NCBI GenBank assembly: GCA_001600815.1 | Contig: BCKZ01000003.1 | Location: 438,581 to 502,580 of the forward strand | Direction: 5' to 3' | Length of the DNA stretch: 64,000 bases | Source: Alloascoidea hylecoeti | Taxonomy: Eukaryota | Shown: positions 25,436-37,744 of the stretch, piece by piece | How the letters are laid out: each line of letters starts with the position of its first letter | Numbering within the stretch: the first letter of the stretch is position 1 | Translations under genes and position numbers: made by a program | Notes under the pieces: model-generated | What the model was told of the DNA's origin: nothing | The model's input: only the letters and a program-made list of their open reading frames with translations | Database searches by the model: none

Positions 25436-28373
25436 TATTACTCGAACACAAAGAAATATAAATAGTTATTCAAACCCAAGAATTTGTAGCAAATGAGATA
25501 GTATTTAAATTAAGAAACAATAGAGAAGCAAAACTAAAATAAGTGGATTTGATTTTATCTATTATTACTATCAGAAATTGAGAATTAAAGATGTGATCGG
25601 GGTAGGTCTCGGAATTTTCTGACACGAAACCGAGACATAAACATCCTAACGCCCATAACATTATGTCACATGATCACTCATATAATATTAATATTAACAT
25701 GTATTAACAGAAGAAGGGCAAATAACATGTCTAAAATTTGTCTTTTAGTTATTACAATACAAAATCTTAGTTTCCTGACACCTAAGTTTCCAAAACTCGT
25801 GAGACGTCTTGGGTGAAATTTTCAAAAACAATTACCCGACCGGATCTTTAATACTAGGCTCGCATCGGCAAAAATGTTTGGGGACGCTCGAGCGATCACG
25901 ACCGGTCTTGGAAAATTGCATACTCGGCTCTACATCGGTATACGTATTTTCATTGCTCTTGACTTGACTCTTAGGTAATTCGGCCATAAATTATTTCTGA
26001 TTTTTTTATAAATTGAAAGTATGAAATGTTTGAATCCGTTAATTATAAGATTTATCATGATTATTAATACGGTACACACATTTATTATTATTATTAAATA
26101 CTTGGATGTCCATAGTCGACCACTCGAGGACAATTTGGAACTTTCAGCGAGCATCGAGGCGAGTTGTAGGACCCTATAATTATTATTACTACAGTAACTA
26201 CTACACCCATACAGCTGAAAGGTCATAACCCAAACCTTCAAGATACAATTGACCCCTTCGAAAATATCAAGATTCTATTTCAGACGCTTCAGCTGGGAAT
26301 GGAATGTTTATAAAATGACTTCAGTCTAGTCTGAACGATCCTAATGATAGGGTCATATTCTCCCTTTCACCCATGAATTCTACAAATGTCTGTTAGAGAA
26401 CGGGGAGTTCACTTTTATTGATCACATCCGAAAGTTGCCAAGGGTTGCTATTATTGTTATTTAAAGAGAAAAGGTGATAACATTAATATTAATAAGAGTG
26501 GCCATTCCCCACAATTGGAGCATTCAGATATCTAGATGTGAAAAAGTCAAAAAGTTCTAGTGCTCCTGCCATATTTGTACACATGTTAATCTTATAATAA
26601 TTATAAGCTTAATAATACCAATCATAATAGATAAAGTATTTTGGTAGTAATGTCACTTCTAGGTTGTAATTTTTTGTCCAACTTCTTTATTATGGTACTT
26701 TCTGATTATCACAAGATTCACAAATAATCAATCTGATTCATCCAGCTCGACCCCAAATTTTTTGCCTATAATGTATAATAAGACCATTATAATAGAAGCT
26801 TATGGATTACCATCATTTATAATCATAACTAAGCAAAATAATTAATTATCGGTACTAAGTTACTACTAACTAATTACAAGTTTTATCGAACTTGGAAACC
26901 GATACTGCGAAACTTTATCAGATCTTACTTGTTTTCAACTATCTCTGAATATACATGTAAATACTGCATCTGACACTATAATTGGTATTGATAACTCGAC
27001 TCTTGTGAAACAGTCATTATTCTCAATCTTAGACAATATTCCTATAGCGCTAATTTGCAAAAGATCACCCATTAAACTTTCCAGACCCATGCTTAAAAAT
27101 TCTGAATGCCTTTATGATTCCACGAACATCGACGTTATTAATTGATTCATTTAACTTCCAAATAGATGACATTAATTTCTAACTACCCCTTCACTCTCAT
27201 ATATTTATAATGATATTCGGATATCTGAATACAATTAAATAAAATTATCACATCATTTTTAGAAGATCAACTCTTATTGTAGAACTCCAAATATTATTGA
27301 TACATTAGATGACAGCGCTAGCTTGAATTTTCCAATATCAAGGTTTAATTTTTATTGCAATTAATACTTTTAGTGGAAACACTGGAAAGACTATTATAAA
27401 TTCATAAGCCTATTATATTAAAATTAATATATAAATATTGTCAGGACTCAGGAGCCAAATTTATTTTCTAAAGTTCATTCACCTTTAAATTTCTTGCAAT
27501 TACTGAGATCGATGTTGATAATTCTGAAAATTACAATTTTACAAAGTAATATTTCTAGATATAGCTTTGACTAACTTTATTTCACATCGTTATACAATTG
27601 TAAAACAAGTTATGGCTTAGCTACTTTTACACAGTTGCAACTCTTTTAAGTCATATTTGCGACAGGTCAGGAAAACGAGGCGAATATCAACACTATACAA
27701 TACTCATCATGATACATTTTTCGGGTGGCAATAACCAAGTTTCTTCAATATATTTAATCATAAGCTTGATATATAAAATCAAATCAGTCGGTTTCCTGAA
27801 GTTTGGCGCCAATTGGTCAATTAACATTAAATGCTAACATGTTAGATGCATTTCTAATAATCCGAGACCACATTGCTTGTTAAATGCAATTACAAGCTTA
27901 AGGCTCACTCATTATAAGTTATGATGGCAATCCGACAATTGCAGTATTTTAACATACTTAATTTAGTTTGGGTACTGTTATATTCCTAGACTAGCGGCAA
28001 AAGTGATATCATAATATATATATTCATGATCATACTATTTTTAAAAGAAGATTGATCATAGATTTAATATAAAAACAGTAAAGCATATTAATGCATTGGT
28101 TATTCGATTATTCCTTTTTGTCGTGTCACGCATTGTATCTAAAAAATATATCTTGCCTTCGGCTCAAACTAATAATAATGAGACATATAAATAATACCAT
28201 GAACATTTTTATATATTCTCTAAAACTCCTCTAGTATCAACTTCTTTCTCCGCCATCTCGCTGCTTATTGGTGCTTAATACCAAAACAATATATGGTTGC
28301 AACATAAAACCAAACGTTGGAGTAAACATTTATAAATCTAAATCAATATATGCTATAAATCATAGGAATCATA

Positions 28374-29549
28374 ATGCCTACTAATAATTATAAAACAATT
28401 TCTTCACATTCATCTGTTACCCTGGTTAATCAAGAGGCTTTAGATTCACACTATCATCCAACGGTTTCCAATTTAGAAGATGAATATAATGAATACAATA
28501 AAATCAACTATGAACCATTTACATATACTACATCAATAGAATCAGAAGAAAAAATACAAAAAAGAAAAAAAGCTGAAGAAATACTTCGTCAAAAACGGGA
28601 ATTAAGAGTTAAACTCGGTCTAATAACACAACAAGAATGTGATGAAGCAGATGCTAAAATTAAGCTAAGAGAATCACAATTACAATCACGGTTACCATCT
28701 CATTCACAACTTTTAAACAACAATAGCATTAATAATAATAATGATGATTATGAGATTAGTGTTAATCTTTATAATTATAACAATAATCTTGATCTAAATT
28801 TTAGTAAGTCCAGAATGTTTAATCAACAAAAAAATAATATTAATTATAATAATGAACAAGAAGATCAAACACGTGCCAAAACTCCAAATTTAACAGATCA
28901 AGATTCTCAAAGTATTAATACCATTACTAATTCCATTCATCATAAAACTAGTGATTATGACATTCCAATAATAACAGAAGTTAAAGTTGATGATGTCCAA
29001 GATCATGATTTTGATTATAGTGATGAATCTATTAATCCTTGGTGTGGCTCAACAGAGCCTGTGGCTAGTTCTTCTAGATCGAATTATAAACATAATAGAT
29101 ATTCAGAACCAATCATGAATATGACAGGAAGAAAATATCAATCAGAAGTGAATTTAAGCTTTAGTAGTTATAACAGGAATCTTAGTGCTGATCTTGATCA
29201 TGATATTTGGAATAAAAGAGGTATTGAATTTGAAGAAAAAAGAGCAAGTTTTCGAGTTAGTAATAAACCATCTATTACTGAAGAACAATTATTAAATGAA
29301 TTGAAATATATTGATGACGAAAAAGTTAAAAAAACAATTAAAAAAGATAATGTTGATGATAATGATGATGATAATAAAAATATAAATATAAATGAAAATA
29401 AAAATATTAATGATATTGATAATAGCAAAATTAACAAAAATAAGCAAGAACTTTTTGGAATCAAAACTAATATAAATCATAAAGGTAGATTCAATTTAAA
29501 GAAAAGAGTTTCTTCATTTTTTAGAAATAAAAGATTTATGGTGGTTTAA
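28374..29549 (+). CDS. Asn/Asp-rich hypothetical protein
   Basis: 391-aa ATG-initiated ORF in very AT-rich DNA; no domain recognised. Confidence 0.6.
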   Translation: MPTNNYKTISSHSSVTLVNQEALDSHYHPTVSNLEDEYNEYNKINYEPFTYTTSIESEEKIQKRKKAEEILRQKRELRVKLGLITQQECDEADAKIKLRESQLQSRLPSHSQLLNNNSINNNNDDYEISVNLYNYNNNLDLNFSKSRMFNQQKNNINYNNEQEDQTRAKTPNLTDQDSQSINTITNSIHHKTSDYDIPIITEVKVDDVQDHDFDYSDESINPWCGSTEPVASSSRSNYKHNRYSEPIMNMTGRKYQSEVNLSFSSYNRNLSADLDHDIWNKRGIEFEEKRASFRVSNKPSITEEQLLNELKYIDDEKVKKTIKKDNVDDNDDDNKNININENKNINDIDNSKINKNKQELFGIKTNINHKGRFNLKKRVSSFFRNKRFMVV

Positions 29550-30636
29550 TTATTGACTATTTCTTTATCTTTCAATTTTTGGTAATCATAATTATAATTA
29601 TTATCAGTAAACCTTAACGTTAACAATATAAATGGTAAATGATTTTTGTTTCAATAACTACACATATATTATTGTATTTTTTCTTTCTATTCTCTTATTT
29701 TTTTATTATATATTTTCATTTTATTTTACTACAAAGAAAATAATTAATTTGAACAAAGTAATGACTGAAAAGTATATTAAAGAAATTATATTAATCTAAA
29801 TTAAATGTAAGTTTTAGTTCAATGGGAATTATCAACGAGATCATCATATGAAGATGCAAGTAACTAATTTGAAAAAGGAGTAAGTTTATTGAGCCTTTAT
29901 AACCATCAGAATATAGGCTTATAGAAACTTGGACTACTCTTTGAACATTCTTTATTGGGATTTGTTCATAGAGTGCTACTTTCGGTGTAATGGCCCTCTT
30001 AACTCTATAGACAGCTTCTATCATACGAGGCATGAAGTCAGTCAGCTTAATAATGTTAATGAAGAGTCCAAATTCGTTGGAAACTTACGACAACTTCATG
30101 TATCGTCTCGTGTATTCAACGGCTGGGAATATGGGCCTGATTTTATGATCCTTCTACTTCATTAAAGTCCTTGTACGTGCCTTTTTAAATTATGGTGGTG
30201 GATTAGTTTTAATTGGATCCTTTCCGTTGCAGTGATTTAGGAACTCTCTTGTATTTTGGGGTGGCCGCCCTGAATTATATGATTAAGTAGATTTTGCTGA
30301 TAGTATTTATATTCTTTATTGCTGGGTTTTTAATTCGTCGTTGCAACAGAAGTGTTGTGGCATCCGACTATATATGCATATGCATTGTTTACACGTCCAG
30401 GTTCTTTGACGGTTTAACTTAACGGAAGATTATTCCAAAATCAACTCGAAATACAGAACAACAATCTATGGAATATAGCTAGCAGAAGTTTATATTTAAA
30501 TTATTTATATTACTTATCGTTAATATTTTCATATAGGTAACAAACGAAATGGTAAAACCTGGAAATTTCAAAACATAAAACATTAAGTTTAAGTTACATC
30601 ATCTATTTTTTTTTTCTAATTAATTTTTTTTTCTAA

Positions 30637-33600
30637 TTAATTTTTTTTAAAGCTGTTCTCTGTTATACCTGATTTTTCACACATTTGTGAAAATACTGAA
30701 TTTTTATCTAAAAATAAGTTTAACGGAGTATCAAACTCTTGAATCCCACCATTATCAAGCACCATAATTCTATCATAGTTTAAAATTGTTCTCAACCTAT
30801 GAGCAATACATAAAATTGTACAACTTGAAAATTGATTACTAATTGCATCTTGGATTTTTATATCTGTTTCATAATCCACTGATGAAGTTGCTTCATCCAA
30901 AATTAAAATTTTAACTTTCTTGATAAGTGCTCTAGCTAAAGCAATTAATTGTTTCTCACCAAGACTAAAATTACTTCCACCATCTTCAACAATTTGATCG
31001 AGATGAAATTTATGAAGACTTTTCGTGTCGATTTTACCATCTATTTCTTCAACGTTTTGTGATCTCACATATTCGAAGGTTTTTTGATCCAATAAGTTTC
31101 GAATAGAATTCCATAATTCATCATCTTCGAATTCATTGAAAGGATCTAGATTTGTTCTTACTGTACCTAAAAACAGCGATGGATCTTGAGGAATAACAGC
31201 CATTCGAGATCTCAGTTCATACAGGCCAATAGTGGATGTATCAATATTGTCGATGATTATTTTACCTTTACCAATCTCTGTCAATCGATACAAAGCACTC
31301 ATAATGGTAGATTTACCGGCTCCAGTTCTACCACAGATACCAATCTTTTCATGTGGTTTAATTTTAAATGACAGATCATGTAATACAAACGGAAGGTTAG
31401 CTCTATAATTAAGAAAGACATTTTCAAATTCAATAGTTCCCACCTCAGGCCATGAATCCCTAGGCTTCGTATCTTCAATATGATAGGCTGCTTCTGATTT
31501 TAATTCAAATCCGTAAAAGTACAGTCTTTCTACCGACACAAAGCAATTTTGTAACTGTGTCAGGGATCTGATTATCATTACCAATAAACCACCAATTTGA
31601 GTTATATTTGAAAGAAGCAAACCAGTTGAAGATGCACTTATTTTGAAAACACTATTAACACAGAGAATAGCAACTAAAAATGATAAAAATGAGGCTAATA
31701 TATCAAGACGAAGAGATAACCATCTTTGATTTGAAGTTGTTATAAAATATGCAGAATTCATGTCATTAATCAATTTACAATTTTTTTTTTGAAATCTTTC
31801 TTCTTGATGAAACCCTTTAACTGTATCAATACCAGAAATAGTTTCAGTTAAGTTACTGTAAACAAGGGATCTATTCAATGATTCTAAACGTTTAACTTCC
31901 CTTGATGACTCGATATAGTATTGAAAATATGAGTAGTATATTATAAAAAATATTGGGACACAAATAAGAATCCATGGAAGATAAACTGCTGCCATTATTA
32001 AAGTACCTAAAACATTGAAGGAAGAATTTATAACCATTTTAAGCATTTCAGTTAACTCATTATCAGCAACATCAGTATCTTTAGTAAATCTATTAAGAAT
32101 CCTTCCAACAGGTGTTACATCAAAAAATGACATCGGAGAGTAAAGAATGGATTTTGCGGCTTTTCTATAAAGATTCAAACTAGAGCGATTAAACACTAAA
32201 TTTTTAAAATTAAAATAAACAAAAAGGTTAATAATAATAGAACCATTTGAATGAAATTTTCAACTTACAATATGAGGCAAAATAATATGCACAAAAAACA
32301 AAAACCGAAGAAAGAATACCAAACATAACATAAATACCAATATAACCGCCAGAAGATAAATCGTACCTTCCACTAGTCCAAAAACTCAGCCAAATGCTAC
32401 TAAAAAGTTGAACAAAATTTGATAATGATGATAAAAACACCAATATAACAAGTGCAAAATAACCCATATCCCCACTACCAAGTAGAAAGAATTTTTTATA
32501 AATTTCATTTGAAATTGAACCTTCATCTCTATCTTCTTGCTCAATAAGTTGACCATTAGCCAATCCTTTATATCTAGCGTTTTTGACTTCTTTTTTATCT
32601 TTTTTTGTAGTGTCGGTATGATTAAGGATATCGAAATCGTTTTGATTTTTCTTTTCCTCTTCAAGTTTTTTCTTCTCTTCTTCATTATATCTATTAATAT
32701 TACTTTCAACTAATATTTTAAATTCGGGTAGCTTCTCAAATAGAACTTCAGGTTTATCAAAATGAACTTGCTTATCATTTAAAAATATAACCTTATCAGC
32801 ACTATTGATCAAGGATAACTGATGAGTTGCCAGAATTCTTGTTTTATCTTTCAAATAACCTAAGATACATTCTTTCACGATCTTTTCACCAACTGTAGCA
32901 TCAACAGCACTTAAAATATCATCTAATAATATAATATCATGATTTGAATAAACTGAGCGTGTTAAAGCAACTCTTGCCTTTTGACCGCCTGATAAATTAA
33001 CACCACGCTCACCAATTTCAGTCATATCACCAGCAGGTAACATATCAAGATCGTCATTTAATTGACAAACATCAATTACAGTATTGTATTTATCTTCGTC
33101 AAATTCAGAACCAAAAGTAATATTCTCACGAATGGTTGTGTTTTGAATCCAGGGATATGAACAAAATACTAATTTACCATCGGTTGATAAATTTCCCGTT
33201 GTTTTCTTCATTAATCCAGCCATTGCGTAAAGAAGACTCGATTTTCCGGTACCAATGGAGCCAGTTAGAATTATGAACTCTCCCTTTTTAATTGATAGTT
33301 TAATGTTACTGAGACCTACAAAATTTGAAATTTCAGGATTCTCATGCTTTTTCTCGTCTGAGCTATGATCAGAAGGAGGGACATGGATTTCGTTGAGATC
33401 ATCAGGTTTTGAATGTTTTTCATTTTCTTCATCTTTAGCTTTCTTTTTCTTAACAAGTTCAGCTAAGAAATCTCTACTTTCTGTTTTCTTTTTTTCTTCT
33501 TCTGTTGCCGTTTCCCAAATAAATGAACCGTTTTCAATCACAATTGCATTATCACCAATATTTTCGTGACCATGTTCAGGCTCTGTTTCACTTTCTTCAG

Positions 33601-34975
33601 CTTGTAAAAATAATGATATTCTATCAAAAGCCACTAAACCATCAGCTGTTGTGGCAATACTCATTGGTAGCATCATCAATGGTAGCCTAAACATATTGAA
33701 AAGAGTCAAGGATGAAAATATATTTGCCGGATCAAGACCTCGACCTGTTTGAGACATCACAACAAATGATAGCATTGCTGCTATAATTGGAATACAATTA
33801 ACCAAAGCATTGATAAAATTTCTTAAACGCTGTAATTTTAAAATAATATCCATTTCATTGGTTCTGATAGATGATAAGATCTGATCGAAGGCTTCTTCCC
33901 AAGCATAAAATTTAATCATTTTCATGGAGTTTAAAACTTCATTGACTGTAGTTACTCTTTTATCGGTATACTTATTAATTTTAACTCTTAGTTCTATAAA
34001 ATTTGAAGCATTAATAACAATACATAGTAGTGCAACAATAACAACCGCAACTCCGACAAGTGCTGATGGACCCAAATTGACTATCAGTAAAGCAATTGTA
34101 ACGGCAACGGCAACTGGAAATGTATAATTAAAGTGAAATAATTCAAAGGCAAAATCCAAACGTGATAAATCTGCACCAACTAATGTTGATATTTTACCAT
34201 TTGTGTAAATTGTTCTTGAACGATTAGATAACTTCATTGATTTTTGATACATGACATTTGTTAAAACAGATCTAACCTTTGCACCAGTTAACATCGAATT
34301 ATAAAATGAATGATTCATCGTAAATGCTAAAGCAAGAATCATTCCAATTAAACCAAAAGAATATCCAATACCTTTACCTATAGGATATTTTTCAGGATCT
34401 ATTAATCTTCCTTCAACGAATGAAATAAGCTTTTTTGTGACAAGTGACTGTAAGGTTTGACCAACATCTGTTAAAGCGATAAGTAATCCACCAATCCAAT
34501 ATCGTACCCCAAAAGTGTCACTTACAGAAAATAACAATACAGATTTTGGTATGTCTAAATCTTTAATTTGTTCTTCGGAAAGCCCTTGTTTCCGCTTTTT
34601 ACTAAGATATTTTTCAGTTCTATTTTCGTAATTTTTAAGAAATCGTTCTGACATATGCTCTACGGAGATATCTCCATCCATGATAAATAGGTCCGTATTT
34701 TCCAACCTTCTCATAAATCCAACCCTAACAATTCCACCAACCCATGAAAACATTAAGTAAGAGTACCAGCTTGGTCTGGGAAACGAAACGGTTCTTTTTT
34801 CAGGAACAGGAGGAGGCTTCCCTATAAACTTTGCCAAACATCTTGATATTAAATTTCTTTTTGCCTTTGTGGTTTTAGATTTCTTATCAGGGTTTGACTC
34901 AATGTCCTTTGAGTCCGTATCCGTTGAACTAATCTCTTTTATAGCTACATTTCCAGAATTGATGGATTTTGCCAT
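30637..34975 (-). CDS. YOR1: ABCC/MRP-type ABC transporter (Yor1-like); exons 34975-32269 and 32195-30637 (1421 aa)
   Basis: Two NBDs (GSIGTGKSS/LSGGQKAR and GRTGAGKST/FSLGEKQ). Intron 32268-32196 (GTAAGT...TATTAAC...TTTAG) joins the two track ORFs in frame (SY-L-FNR). Confidence 0.9.
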
Positions 34976-35894
34976 GTTGATATAAATATCGATGAGTTTG
35001 GGTAAGAGAACAAAATAAAATAAGAGAAAGAGACAAGTATCGATTAACACACTTAAAGTTATTCGCTTAAGCCGTCCAATATTATATAATATTATTAAGA
35101 TTTATCATGGCTTGGTAATAGTGCAACGCAATTATTGGTGCTAACTCTTTAGTTATACATAGTTGGTTGCAGCGAACCTTAATTATGTTGAACCCGTTAA
35201 CCCCGGATTTTTCATGATCAGTAAGCTCAGTCGAAGAGACTCACACTTCAGAAGTTTCTTTAAATGAGTATAGTGTAACATCTTAATTTCGGTATCAAAT
35301 TCATAAACATTCATTATTTATTTATAGAGACAAACGGTTGGTATGCGGATAAATGTATGTTTTTCATTATGTATGTTAAGCTTTTACCAGCCATAACCAG
35401 CCGATATTACAAATATTATTTCTAAATACCAGTGATACCACACGTACAGAAAGCCACTTACCGGAATAGACACAAAAGACAACAAAAAGATATATATAAG
35501 GATGTTTTGAAAACATCTAAAAAGAATTATGTCACTGGCATGCAACCAATATGATTTCAAATTAACAAGAAAGCATAATAAAGAAGGAACCGAAGTAGAA
35601 CGGAAAAATTGGCGGGAACCTCTATAGATTCAATAAACGCTTACGAAAAGGCGGTGTATATTTCTCACATACGTAAACCAATTCTAGAAAATTACAGACG
35701 TCATTGCAATTGGGCTCAAATATCATATATTGAGAATAAAACCCATCAAAATTACAAGTGGAATGGGAGAATATACCAGTGTATTAGAGCTCAGATCGCT
35801 CATTTCAGAGGGTAACTCATGAGTTTTGAGCGGCCAAAATCAGGTTCACTAGTGTGAGCTAAGACATCCATACACCCTTACTCATTCTGTCACA

Positions 35895-36387
35895 ATTTTT
35901 TTTTTTTTTAAATAAAGCAAATAATATTAAATTATGTAATGTTATATATAGGATGAGTCACGGTAAATTTCCACTTTGATTTTTTGGTTGTTTGGTTGTT
36001 AGCATCTTGGTTCCTTCTTTTGATCACATGGAAGTCACCTGATTATTTGGTAACATTTTCTCCAGTTTTCACTTAGCTTTGTTATTGTTGACCTCAATAG
36101 CTGGGGATTACACCCTTGTGGGCACGCTGATGCCGAATGGAAGATATTCACCCTATCATTTGCAATTCCTACCATTGAGGTTTTTGTTTTTTGCACTTTT
36201 ATATTTCAATTGTGGCTTTGATGATGAATTGTTGTAGTGCCTGCAACCCCTCTTCTGTTTGAATTAAGTCGGGGTAGTTGAAATTTGTTATTCCACTTTC
36301 CTCTCTTGCTGTTTTGTTTATGTTACACTTTTGAATTATGTGGTGTAGTGTTTGTTCTTCGCCGCATTCACATGGTGTTAGAGGCTG
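35895..36387 (-). mobile_element. 5'-truncated non-LTR retrotransposon (LINE) copy
   Basis: ORF2 tail with CCHC finger (CECGEEQTLHHIIQKC), stop at 36199, ~290-nt 3' UTR, A14 tail (35896-35909), and a 12-bp TSD CATTCTGTCACA at 35883-35894 and 36388-36399. Confidence 0.9.
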
Positions 36388-37744
36388 CATTCTGTCACAT
36401 GATCAGCAATATTTACTTTTTCTCAGTTATTATTAGTATATTATTACATAATCAATGAAATATGAACGAGCTGATCAAAAATTTGACTTTCTGAGCCGGT
36501 GTTCACCAGCTGCCCGTTTCAAATTTTCGGATGAACACATCTCTACGATGCATGCTGTGCCAGTGTGCCCTCAGCCAGAGAAGCTTAAAGAACTAAGACC
36601 AATCTTCTCTGTGCTCATAGTGGCCTAAATTAAGTAGAAACACTGCAATAAAACTTCAAGAAGGAGGAGAAACACTGATATAAATAATACTCCACCAACT
36701 GAAAGGTCACGGCTCTTTGCCAACACATACACACATGTTAACGTTTCTACACTCTTAAATTCTCTACATAGAATAGAAAATCAATATCCGTATTTTACTA
36801 GAATTAATATGTTGAGTCTGTGAGGATTATAATATTATATAAATATCACTAATATATTGTCTAAGTTCTAAAGCCAACTGCTTATAAATATTGAAGCGAT
36901 GAACGTAACTCAATAGCTAGCTACAGGATTGTAGTCACTTGGTGGAGGTAGGCATCAAGTGACCGATATTTTGTGTTAGCGTACCCGAATATTACTACAT
37001 CAGGTGGTCGATACTTATTCATCACCATGGCCAAACATTAGTGTACCATGTGGCCGATTATTTTAAACTGGAAAATTATTATTGCGTACAACACAAAGTC
37101 AACAAAATTTTAGCTTCCAGCTATGGAGACCAAATTAAAAACTTGGATGGCAAAAAAAATCTGCCTCCCGAGTGAAGCCCCCATGTCAGGATTTCCAAAA
37201 TTTCTATCTATATGAAGATTTCAAAATAAATTGTCGGACGTTATCGCACCCTTCGTACGTGAGTTTAGCCGTACGCGGGTAGATTTGTACTTTATGATCT
37301 AGATTTATTTTCAGGTGAATATTATTCACAACTATTCGTGTCGTAATATCTCTAACCAGTTATGGCCATTGGTTTACATATTTATATGTTTTGTTGAAAT
37401 ATATCTCAACCCATAACATAATGATTTTAATCAAATAGAGTTAGGTTTTAAGAGTCAAACCTAAAATACTATCCTTTATTGTAAGAAAATATTTAACCCC
37501 TGTAGGAATTGCTATTAATATTTTAAACTCTTCTATTTCTTAGACTTTTGAAAAATAATTCCATTATTGTTAAAGTTTGGTTTAGAATTTTATTTAATTA
37601 AAGAGAGGACTATGCTTTTTTAGGTTGTCATTTTGAACAATTCTGGAACAATTCTTGAAAAACGAAAAAAAATGCATCAGCTTCAAAACTCATCTATGCT
37701 TACTTAATTATCTGGCTTCACCTTTAAAAAATTCTTCACTGACC

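Noticed and set aside
29791..30400. Short ORFs in slightly GC-richer DNA downstream of YOR1
   Set aside because: No motif recognised in any frame I read; cannot support a gene or transposon call.
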